Assembly (NCBI RefSeq): GCF_009914755.1
Contig: NC_060939.1
Direction: 5' to 3' (one strand)
DNA length: 64,000 nt
From: the human T2T-CHM13v2.0 reference genome, Homo sapiens
The first letter of the stretch is position 1, and each line of letters begins with the position of its first letter. Of this stretch, positions 39,701-52,881 are shown piece after piece. Under the pieces are notes generated by a model. The model saw only the letters and a program-made list of their open reading frames with translations, was not told the DNA's origin and did not search any database. The translations under genes and the position numbers were made by a program.

Positions 39701-42700
39701 CATTCCAGTCCATTCCATTTGTGTCCACTGCATTCCATTCCAATCCATTCCATATTATTCCATTACACTCCATTCCATTCTATTACTTTCATTTCCATTC
39801 AATTCCATTCCATTTGATTCCATTCCACTCGGTTTCATTCCATTTGAGTCCACTCCATTCCATTCAGTTCCATTCCATTCTGTTCCATTCCATTCCGTTC
39901 CATTACATTCCATTCCATTCGGTACCATTCCATATTGTTCCATTCGATTCCATTCGAATCCATTCCATTCCAGTCCATTCCATTCGATTCCATTCCATTC
40001 ATTTCAATTCCATTCCATTCCATTCCATTACATTCCACTTGATTCCTCTCCATTCCCTTCCACTGCATTCCGTTCAATTCCATTCCATTGCATTGCATTC
40101 CATTCCATTGGATTGCATTCCATTCGATTCCATTCCATTCGAATCAATTACATAGCAATCCATTACATTCGAGTCTATTCTATTCCGTTCCATTCGATTT
40201 CGTTCCACTCCATTCGATTCCATTCCATTCGATTCTATTCCATACCATTGCATTCCATTCGATTACATTATATTCGAATAAGTTCCATTCAAGACCATTT
40301 CTTTTGAGTCCATTCTATTTGAGTCCATTCCCTTTGATTCCATAACATTTGAGTCCATTCAATTCCATTCCTTACGTTTCCATTCCATTTGATGCCATTC
40401 CATTCAATTCTGTTCTACTCGACTCCAATACATTCAATTCCATTCCATCCGATTCCATTACATTCTTTTCATTTCTTATCCATTTCAAGCCATTCCACTC
40501 CATTCCATTCCACTCGTTTCCTTTCCATTCGAGTCCATTCCTCTCCAGTCCATTCCGTTCAATCCATTCCATTCCAGTCCATTCCATTCGAGTCCGTTCC
40601 ATTCCAGTCCATTCCATTCGAGTCAATTCCATCCCATTCGATGTCTTTCCATAGCGATCCATTCCATTCTATTCCTTTCAATTCCATTCCATTCTATTTC
40701 ATTCCATTCGATTCCCTTCCATTGGACTCCTTTCCATTCGAGTGCATTCCATTCCGTTCCATTTCTTTCCGTTCTGTACGATTCCTACCGTTCGATTTCA
40801 TTTTGTTCCAGTCCATTCCTTTCGCGTCCATTCCATTCCATTTCACTCCATTCGATTCCATTCCACTCGATTCCACTTCGTTCCATTTCATTGCATTCCA
40901 TTCTATTCAACTCTATTGCCTTCCATTCCATTCCATTCGATTACATTCCATGCGATTCCATTCGAAATCGAATCAATTACATTGCAATCCATTACAATTG
41001 AGTCCGTTTTATTCCAGTCCACTGCATTCTGGTCCATTCCATTTGATTCCATTCCATTCTATTCCATTCCATACAGTTGCATTCCTTTGGATTCCATGCT
41101 ATATATATAAATTCAATTCGAGACCATTGCTTTTGAGTCCATTCTATATGATTCCATTCCATTCAAGTCCATTACATTTGGTTCAATTCCATTCCATTCC
41201 ATTCCCTTCCATTCCATTCCAGTTGATATCAATCCATTCGATTCCATTCCATTCGAGCACATTCCATTCGAGTCCATTCCATTCGATGCCATTCCATTTG
41301 ATTCTATTCCATTAGTCTCCATTCAATTCCATTAATCTCCATTCCATTCCATTCTACTCAAACTGATTCCATTCCATTCTATTCCTTTCCATTCCATTTC
41401 ATTCCATTCCATTCCATTTCATTCCATTCCATTCCATTCGCTTCCATTCCATTCGTGTCCATTCCACTCCAGTCCATTACATTCGTGTCCATTCCATTCC
41501 AGTCCATACCATTTGTGTCCACTGCATTCCATTCCACTCCATTCCATATTATTCCATTACACTCCCTTCCATTCTATTACTTTCATTTCCATTCAATTCC
41601 ATTCCATTTGATTCCATTCCACTCGGTTTCATTCCATTTGAGTCCACTCCATTCCATTCCATTCCATTCCATTCAGTTCCATTCCATTCTGTTCCATTCC
41701 ATTCCGTTCCATTACATTCCATTCCATTCGGTACCATTCCATATTGTTCCATTCGATTCCATTCGAATCCATTCCATTCCAGTCCATTCCATTCGATTCC
41801 ATTCCATTCATTTCAATTCCATTCCATTCCATTCCATTACATTCCACTTGATTCCTCTCCATTCCCTTCCACTGCATTCCGTTCGATTCCATTCCATTGC
41901 ATTGCATTCCATTCCATTGGATTGCATTCCATTCGATTCCATTCCATTCGAATCAATTACATAGCAATCCATTACATTCGAGTCTATTCTCTTCCGTTCC
42001 ATTCGATTTCATTCCAATCCATTCGATTCCATTCCATTCGATTCCATTCCATACTATTGCATTCCATTCGATTACATTATATTCGAATAAGTTCCATTCA
42101 AGACCATTTCTTTTGAGTCCATTCTATTTGAGTCCATTCCCTTTGATTCCATAACATTTGAGTCCATTCAATTCCATTCCTTTCGTTTCCATTCCATTTG
42201 ATGCCATTCCATTCAATTCTGTTCTACTCGACTCCAATACATTCAATTCCATTCCATCCGATTCCATTACATTCTTTTCATTTCTTATCCATTTCAAGCC
42301 ATTCCACTCCATTCCATTCCACTCGTTTCCTTTCCATTCGAGTCCATTCCTCTCCAGTCCATTCCGTTCAATCCATTCCATTCCAGTCCATTCCATTCGA
42401 GTCCGTTCCATTCCAGTCCATTCCATTCGAGTCAATTCCATTCCATTCGATGTCTTTCCATAACGATCCATTCCATTCTATTCCTTTCGATTCCATTCCA
42501 TTCTATTTCATTCCATTCGATTCCCTTCCATTGGACTCCTTTCCATTCGAGTGCATTCCATTCCTTTCCATTTCTTTCCGTTCTGTACGATTCCTACCGT
42601 TCGATTTCATTTTGTTCCAGTCCATTCCTTTCGCGTCCATTCCATTCCATTTCACTCCATTCGATTCCATTCCACTCGATTCCACTTCGTTCCATTTCAT

Positions 42701-45700
42701 TTCATTCCATTCTATTCAACTCTATTGCCTTCCATTCCATTCCATTCGATTACATTCCATGCGATTCCATTCGAAATCGAATCAATTAAATTGCAATCCA
42801 TTACTATTGAGTCCGTTTTATTCCAGTCCACTGCATTCTGGTCCATTCCATTTGATTCCATTCCATTCTATTCCATTCCATACAGTTGCATTCCATTGGA
42901 TTCCATGCTATATCTATAAATTCAATTCGAGACCATTGCTTTTGAGTCCATTCTATATGATTCCATTCCATTCAAGTCCATTACATTTGGTTCAATTCCA
43001 TTCCATTCCATTCCCTTCCATTCCATTCCATTTGATATCAATCCATTCGATTCCATTCCATTCGAGCACATTCCATTCGAGTCCATTCCATTCGATGCCA
43101 TTCCATTTGATTCTATTCCATTAGTCTCCATTCAATTCCATTAATCTCCATTCCATTCCATTCTACTCCAACTGATTCCATTCCATTCTATTCCTTTCCA
43201 TTCCATTCCATTCCATTCCATTCCATTTCATTCCATTCCATTCCATTCGTGTCCATTCCACTCCAGTCCATTCCATTTAGGTCCATTCCATTCCAGTCCA
43301 TTCCATTTGTGTCCACTGCATTCCATTCCAATCCATTCCATATTATTCCATTACACTCCATTCCATTCTATTACTTTCATTTCCATTCAATTCCATTCCA
43401 TTTGATTCCATTCCACTCGGTTTCATTCCATTTGAGTCCACTCCATTCCATTCAGTTCCATTCCATTCTGTTCCATTCCATTCCGTTCCATTACATTCCA
43501 TTCCATTCGGTACCATTCCATATTGTTCCATTCGATTCCATTCGAATCCATTCCATTCCAGTCCATTCCATTCGATTCCATTCCATTCATTTCAATTCCA
43601 TTCCATTCCATTCCATTACATTCCACTTGATTCCTCTCCATTCCCTTCCACTGCATTCCGTTCAATTCCATTCCATTGCATTGCATTCCATTCCATTGGA
43701 TTGCATTCCATTCGATTCCATTCCATTCGAATCAATTACATAGCAATCCATTACATTCGAGTCTATTCTATTCCGTTCCATTCGATTTCGTTCCACTCCA
43801 TTCGATTCCATTCCATTCGATTCTATTCCATACCATTGCATTCCATTCGATTACATTATATTCGAATAAGTTCCATTCAAGACCATTTCTTTTGAGTCCA
43901 TTCTATTTGAGTCCATTCCCTTTGATTCCATAACATTTGAGTCCATTCAATTCCATTCCTTACGTTTCCATTCCATTTGATGCCATTCCATTCAATTCTG
44001 TTCTACTCGACTCCAATACATTCAATTCCATTCCATCCGATTCCATTACATTCTTTTCATTTCTTATCCATTTCAAGCCATTCCACTCCATTCCATTCCA
44101 CTCGTTTCCTTTCCATTCGAGTCCATTCCTCTCCAGTCCATTCCGTTCAATCCATTCCATTCCAGTCCATTCCATTCGAGTCCGTTCCATTCCAGTCCAT
44201 TCCATTCGAGTCAATTCCATCCCATTCGATGTCTTTCCATAGCGATCCATTCCATTCTATTCCTTTCAATTCCATTCCATTCTATTTCATTCCATTCGAT
44301 TCCCTTCCATTGGACTCCTTTCCATTCGAGTGCATTCCATTCCGTTCCATTTCTTTCCGTTCTGTACGATTCCTACCGTTCGATTTCATTTTGTTCCAGT
44401 CCATTCCTTTCGCGTCCATTCCATTCCATTTCACTCCATTCGATTCCATTCCACTCGATTCCACTTCGTTCCATTTCATTGCATTCCATTCTATTCAACT
44501 CTATTGCCTTCCATTCCATTCCATTCGATTACATTCCATGCGATTCCATTCGAAATCGAATCAATTACATTGCAATCCATTACAATTGAGTCCGTTTTAT
44601 TCCAGTCCACTGCATTCTGGTCCATTCCATTTGATTCCATTCCATTCTATTCCATTCCATACAGTTGCATTCCTTTGGATTCCATGCTATATATATAAAT
44701 TCAATTCGAGACCATTGCTTTTGAGTCCATTCTATATGATTCCATTCCATTCAAGTCCATTACATTTGGTTCAATTCCATTCCATTCCATTCCCTTCCAT
44801 TCCATTCCAGTTGATATCAATCCATTCGATTCCATTCCATTCGAGCACATTCCATTCGAGTCCATTCCATTCGATGCCATTCCATTTGATTCTATTCCAT
44901 TAGTCTCCATTCAATTCCATTAATCTCCATTCCATTCCATTCTACTCAAACTGATTCCATTCCATTCTATTCCTTTCCATTCCATTTCATTCCATTCCAT
45001 TCCATTTCATTCCATTCCATTCCATTCGCTTCCATTCCATTCGTGTCCATTCCACTCCAGTCCATTACATTCGTGTCCATTCCATTCCAGTCCATACCAT
45101 TTGTGTCCACTGCATTCCATTCCACTCCATTCCATATTATTCCATTACACTCCCTTCCATTCTATTACTTTCATTTCCATTCAATTCCATTCCATTTGAT
45201 TCCATTCCACTCGGTTTCATTCCATTTGAGTCCACTCCATTCCATTCCATTCCATTCCATTCAGTTCCATTCCATTCTGTTCCATTCCATTCCGTTCCAT
45301 TACATTCCATTCCATTCGGTACCATTCCATATTGTTCCATTCGATTCCATTCGAATCCATTCCATTCCAGTCCATTCCATTCGATTCCATTCCATTCATT
45401 TCAATTCCATTCCATTCCATTCCATTACATTCCACTTGATTCCTCTCCATTCCCTTCCACTGCATTCCGTTCGATTCCATTCCATTGCATTGCATTCCAT
45501 TCCATTGGATTGCATTCCATTCGATTCCATTCCATTCGAATCAATTACATAGCAATCCATTACATTCGAGTCTATTCTATTCCGTTCCATTCGATTTCGT
45601 TCCAATCCATTCGATTCCATTCCATTCGATTCCATTCCATACCATTGCATTCCATTCGATTACATTATATTCGAATAAGTTCCATTCAAGACCATTTCTT

Positions 45701-47524
45701 TTGAGTCCATTCTATTTGAGTCCATTCCCTTTGATTCCTTAACATTTGAGTCCATTCAATTCCATTCCTTTCGTTTCCATTCCATTTGATGCCATTCCAT
45801 TCAATTCGGTTCTACTCGACTCCAATACATTCAATTCCATTCCATCCGATTCCATTACATTCTTTTCATTTCTTATCCATTTCAAGCCATTCCACTCCAT
45901 TCCTTTCCACTCGTTTCCTTTCCATTCGAGTCCATTCCTCTCCAGTCCATTCCGTTCAATCCATTCCATTCCAGTCCATTCCATTCGAGTCCGTTCCATT
46001 CCAGTCCATTCCATTCGAGTCAATTCCATTCCATTCGATGTCTTTCCATAACGATCCATTCCATTCTATTCCTTTCGATTCCATTCCATTCTATTTCATT
46101 CCATTCGATTCCCTTCCATTGGACTCCTTTCCATTCGAGTGCATTCCATTCCTTTCCATTTCTTTCCGTTCTGTACGATTCCTACCGTTCGATTTCATTT
46201 TGTTCCAGTCCATTCCTTTCGCGTCCATTCCATTCCATTTCACTCCATTCGATTCCATTCCACTCGATTCCACTTCGTTCCATTTCATTTCATTCCATTC
46301 TATTCAACTCTATTGCCTTCCATTCCATTCCATTCGATTACATTCCATGCGATTCCATTCGAAATCGAATCAATTAAATTGCAATCCATTACTATTGAGT
46401 CCGTTTTATTCCAGTCCACTGCATTCTGGTCCATTCCATTTGATTCCATTCCATTCTATTCCATTCCATACAGTTGCATTCCATTGGATTCCATGCTATA
46501 TCTATAAATTCAATTCGAGACCATTGCTTTTGAGTCCATTCTATATGATTCCATTCCATTCAAGTCCATTACATTTGGTTCAATTCCATTCCATTCCATT
46601 CCCTTCCATTCCATTCCATTTGATATCAATCCATTCGATTCCATTCCATTCGAGCACATTCCATTCGAGTCCATTCCATTCGATGCCATTCCATTTGATT
46701 CTATTCCATTAGTCTCCATTCAATTCCATTAATCTCCATTCCATTCCATTCTACTCCAACTGATTCCATTCCATTCTATTCCTTTCCATTCCATTCCATT
46801 CCATTCCATTCCATTTCATTCCATTCCATTCCATTCGTGTCCATTCCACTCCAGTCCATTCCATTTAGGTCCATTCCATTCCAGTCCATTCCATTTGTGT
46901 CCACTGCATTCCATTCCAATCCATTCCATATTATTCCATTACACTCCATTCCATTCTATTACTTTCATTTCCATTCAATTCCATTCCATTTGATTCCATT
47001 CCACTCGGTTTCATTCCATTTGAGTCCACTCCATTCCATTCAGTTCCATTCCATTCTGTTCCATTCCATTCCGTTCCATTACATTCCATTCCATTCGGTA
47101 CCATTCCATATTGTTCCATTCGATTCCATTCGAATCCATTCCATTCCAGTCCATTCCATTCGATTCCATTCCATTCATTTCAATTCCATTCCATTCCATT
47201 CCATTACATTCCACTTGATTCCTCTCCATTCCCTTCCACTGCATTCCGTTCAATTCCATTCCATTGCATTGCATTCCATTCCATTGGATTGCATTCCATT
47301 CGATTCCATTCCATTCGAATCAATTACATAGCAATCCATTACATTCGAGTCTATTCTATTCCGTTCCATTCGATTTCGTTCCACTCCATTCGATTCCATT
47401 CCATTCGATTCTATTCCATACCATTGCATTCCATTCGATTACATTATATTCGAATAAGTTCCATTCAAGACCATTTCTTTTGAGTCCATTCTATTTGAGT
47501 CCATTCCCTTTGATTCCATAACAT
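36761..47524 (+). repeat. Nested 3588-bp dimer repeat (1809+1779 bp), three copies
   Basis: Unit lengths alternate 1809/1779 three times. Diagnostic variants recur every 3588 bp: ATAGCGATCC (~37063, 40651, 44239), TTTAGGTCC (~39688, 43276, 46864) and CAATTAAATTGC (~39195, 42783, 46371). Confidence 0.92.
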
Positions 47525-50500
47525 TTGAGTCCATTCAATTCCATTCCTTTCGTTTCCATTCCATTTGATGCCATTCCATTCAATTCTGTTCTACTCGACT
47601 CCAATACATTCAATTCCATTCCATCCGATTCCATTACATTCTTTTCATTTCTTATCCATTTCAAGCCATTCCACTCCATTCCATTCCACTCGTTTCCTTT
47701 CCATTCGAGTCCATTCCTCTCCAGTCCATTCCGTTCAATCCATTCCATTCCAGTCCATTCCATTCGAGTCCATTCCATTCCAGTCCATTCCATTCGAGTC
47801 AATTCCATCCCATTCGATGTCTTTCCATAACGATCCATTCCATTCTATTCCTTTCGATTCCATTCCATTCTATTTCATTCCATTCGATTCCCTTCCATTG
47901 GACTCCTTTCCATTCGAGTGCATTCCATTCCGTTCCATTTCTTACCGTTCTGTACGATTCCTACCGTTCGATTTCATTTTGTTCCAGTCCATTCCTTTCG
48001 CGTCCATTCCATTCCATTTCACTCCATTCGATTCCATTCCACTCGATTCCACTTCGTTCCATTTCATTGCATTCCATTCTATTCAACTCTATTGCCTTCC
48101 ATTCCATTCCATTCGATTACATTCCATGCGATTCCATTCGAAATCGAATCAATTACATTGCAATCCATAACTATTGAGTCCATTTTATTCCAGTCCACTG
48201 CATTCTGGTCCATTCCATTTGATTCCATTCCATTCTATTCCATTCCATACAGTTGCATTCCATTGGATTCCATTCTATATCTATAAATTCAATTCGAGAC
48301 CATTGCTTTTGAGTCCATTCTATATGATTCCATTCCATTCAAGTCCATTACATTTGGTTCAATTCCATTCCATTCCATTCCCTTCCATTCCATTCCAGTT
48401 GATATCAATCCATTCGATTCCATTCCATTCGAGCACATTCCATTCGAGTCCATTCAATTCGATGCCATTCCATTTGGTTCTATTCCATTAGTCTCCATTC
48501 AATTCCATTAATCTCCATTCCATTCCATTCTACTCCAACTGATTCCATTCCATTCTATTCCTTTCCATTCCATTTCATTCCATTCCATTCCATTCCATTC
48601 CATTCCATTCGTGTCCATTCCACTCCAGTCCATTCCATTCGTGTCCATTCCATTCCAGTCCATTCCATTTGTGTCCACTGCATTCCATTCCACTCCATTC
48701 CATATTATTCCATTACACTCCATTCCATTCTATTACTTTCATTTCCATTCAATTCCATTCCATTTGATTCCATTCCACTCGGTTTCATTCCATTTGAGTC
48801 CACTCCATTCCATTCCATTCCATTCCATTCAGTTCCATTCCATTCTGTTCCATTCCATTCCGTTCCATTACATTCCATTCCATTCGGTACCATTCCATAT
48901 TGTTCCATTCGATTCCATTCGAATCCATTCCATTCCAGTCCATTCCATTCGATTCCATTCCATTCATTTCAATTCCATTCCATTCCATTCCATTACATTC
49001 CACTTGATTCCTCTCCATTCCCTTCCACTGCATTCCGTTCGATTCCATTCCATTGCATTGCATTCCATTCCATTGTATTGCATTCCATTCGATTCCATTC
49101 CATTCGAATCAATTACATAGCAATCCATTACATTCGAGTCTATTCTCTTCCGTTCCATTCGATTTCGTTCCAATCCATTCGATTCCATTCCATTCGATTC
49201 CATTCCATACTATTGCATTCCATTCGATTACATTATATTCGAATAAGTTCCATTCAAGACCATTACTTTTGAGTCCATTCTTTTTGAGTCCATTCCCTTT
49301 GATTCCATAACATTTGAGTCCATTCAATTCCATTCCTTTCGTTTGCATTCCATTTGATGCCATTCCATTCAATTCTGTTCTACTCGACTCCAATACATTC
49401 AATTCCATTCCATCCGATTCCATTACATTCTTTTCATTTCTTATCCATTTCAAGCCATTCCACTCCATTCCATTCCACTCGTTTCCTTTCCATTCGAGTC
49501 CATTCCTCTCCAGTCCATTCCGTTCAATCCATTCCATTCCAGTCCATTCCATTCGAGTCCGTTCCATTCCAGTCCTCTCTATTCGAGTCAATTCCATCCC
49601 ATTCGATGTTTTTCCATAACGATCCATTCCATTCTATTCCTTTCGATTCCATTCCATTCTACTTCATTCAATTCGATTCCCTTCCATTGGACTCCTTTCC
49701 ATTCGAGTGCATTCCATTCCGTTCCATTTCTTTCCGTTCTGTACGATTCTTACCGTTCGATTTCATTTTGTTCCAGTCCATTCCTTTCGCGTCCATTCCA
49801 TTCCATTTCACTCCATTCGATTCCATTCCACTCGATTCCACTTCGTTCCATTTCATTGCATTCCATTCTATTCAACTCTATTGCCTTCCATTCCATTCCA
49901 TTCGATTACATTCCATGCGATTGCATTCGAAATCGAATCAATTACATTGCAATCCATTACTATTGAGTCCGTTTTATTCCAGTCCACTGCATTCTGGTCC
50001 ATTCCATTTGATTCCATTCCATTCTATTCCATTCCATACAGTTGCATTCCATTGGATTCCATGCTATATCTATAAATTCAATTCGAGACCATTGCTTTTG
50101 AGTCCATTCTATGTGATTCCATTCCATTCAAGTCCATTACATTTGGTTCAATTCCATTCCATTCCAGTTGATATCAATCCATTCGATTCCATTCCATTCG
50201 AGCACATTCCATTCGAGTCCATTCCATTCGATGCCATTCCATTTGATTCTATGCCATTAGTCTCCATTCAATTCCATTAATCTCCATTCCATTCCATTCT
50301 ACTCCAACTGATTCCATTCCATTATATTCCTTTCCATTCCATTTCATTCCATTCCATTCCATTTCATTCAATTCCATTCCATTCGTGTCCATTCCACTCC
50401 AGTCCATTCCATTCGTGTCCATTCCATTCCAGTCCATTCCATTTGTGTCCACTGCATTCCATTCCACTCCATTCCATATTATTCCATTACACTCCATTCC

Positions 50501-52881
50501 ATTCTATTACTTTCATTTCCATTCAATTCCATTCCATTTGATTCCATTCCACTCGGTTTCATTCCATTTGAGTCCACTCCATTCCATTCCATTCCATTCC
50601 ATTCAGTTCCATTCCATTCTGTTCCATTCCATTCCGTTCCATTACATTCCATTCCATTCGGTACCATTCCATATTGTTCCATTCGATTCCATTCGAATCC
50701 ATTCCATTCCAGTCCATTCCATTCGATTCCATTCCATTCATTTCAATTCCATTCCATTCCATTCCATTACATTCCACTTGATTCCTCTCCATTCCCTTCC
50801 ACTGCATTCCGTTCGATTCCATTCCATTGCATTGCATTCCATTCCATTGGATTGCATTCCATTCGATTCCATTCCATTCGAATCAATTACATAGCAATCC
50901 ATTACATTCGAGTCTATTCTCTTCCGTTCCATTCGATTTCGTTCCAATCCATTCGATTCCATTCCATTCGATTCCATTCCATACTATTGCATTCCATTCG
51001 ATTACATTATATTCGAATAAGTTCCATTCAAGACCATTTCTTTTGAGTCCATTCTATTTGAGTCCATTCCCTTTGATTCCATAACATTTGAGTCCATTCA
51101 ATTCCATTCCTTTCGTTTCCATTCCATTTGATGCCATTCCATTCAATTCTGTTCTACTCGACTCCAATACATTCAATTCCATTCCATCCGATTCCATTAC
51201 ATTCTTTTCATTTCTTATCCATTTCAAGCCATTCCACTCCATTCCATTCCACTCGTTTCCTTTCCATTCGAGTCCATTCCTCTCCAGTCCATTCCGTTCA
51301 ATCCATTCCATTCCAGTCCATTCCATTCGAGTCCGTTCCATTCCAGTCCATTCCATTCGAGTCAATTCCATCCCATTCGATGTCTTTCCATAACGATCCA
51401 TTCCATTCTATTCCTTTCGATTCCATTCCATTCTATTTCATTCCATTCGATTCCCTTCCATTGGACTCCTTTCCATTCGAGTGCATTCCATTCCGTTCCA
51501 TTTCTTTCCGTTCTGTATGATTCCTACCGTTCGATTTCATTTTGTTCCAGTCCATTCCTTTCGCGTCCATTCCATTCCATTTCACTCCATTCGATTCCAT
51601 TCCACTCGATTCCACTTCGTTCCATTTCATTGCATTCCATTCTATTCAACTCTATTGCCTTCCATTCCATTCCATTCGAATACATTCCATGCGATTCCAT
51701 TCGAAATCGAATCAATTACATTGCAATCCATTACTATTGAGTCCGTTTTATTCCAGTCCACTGCATTCTGGTCCATTCCATTTGATTCCATTCCATTCTA
51801 TTCCATTCCATGCAGTTGCATTCCATTGGATTCCATGCTATATCTATAAATTCAATTCGAGACCATTGCTTTTGAGTCCATTCTATATGATTCCATTCCA
51901 TTCAAGTCCATTACATTTGGTTCAATTCCATTCCATTCCATTCCCTTCCATTCCATTCCAGTTGATATCAATCCATTCGATTCCATTCCTTTCGAGCACA
52001 TTCCATTCGAGTCCATTCCATTCGATGCCATTCCATTTGATTCTATTCCATTAGTCTCCATTCAATTCCATTAATCTCCATTCCATTCCATTCTACTCCA
52101 ACTGATTCCATTCCATTCTATTCCTTTCCATTCCATTTCATTCCATTCCATTCCATTTCATTCCATTCCATTCCATTCGTGTCCATTCCACTCCAGTCCA
52201 TTCCATTCGTGTCCATTCCATTCCAGTCCATTCCATTTGTGTCCACTGCATTCCATTCCACTCCATTCCATATTATTCCATTACACTCCATTCCATTCTA
52301 TTACTTTCATTTCCATTCAATTCCATTCCATTTGATTCCATTCCACTCGGTTTCATTCCATTTGAGTCCACTCCATTCCATTCCATTCCATTCCATTCAG
52401 TTCCATTCCATTCTGTTCCATTCCATTCCGTTCCATTACATTCCATTCCATTCGGTACCATTCCATATTGTTCCATTCGATTCCATTCGAATCCATTCCA
52501 TTCCAGTCCATTCCATTCGATTCCATTCCATTCATTTCAATTCCATTCCATTCCATTCCATTACATTCCACTTGATTCCTCTCCATTCCCTTCCACTGCA
52601 TTCCGTTCGATTCCATTCCATTGCATTGCATTCCATTCCATTGGATTGCATTCCTTTCGATTCCATTCCATTCGAATCAATTACATAGCAATCCATTACA
52701 TTCGAGTCTATTCTATTCCGTTCCATTCGATTTCGTTCCAATCCATTCGATTCCATTCCATTCGATTCCATTCCATACTATTGCATTCCATTCTATTACA
52801 TTATATTCGAATAAGTTCCATTCAAGACCATTTCTTTTGAGTCCATTCTATTTGAGTCCATTCCCTTTGATTCCATAATAT

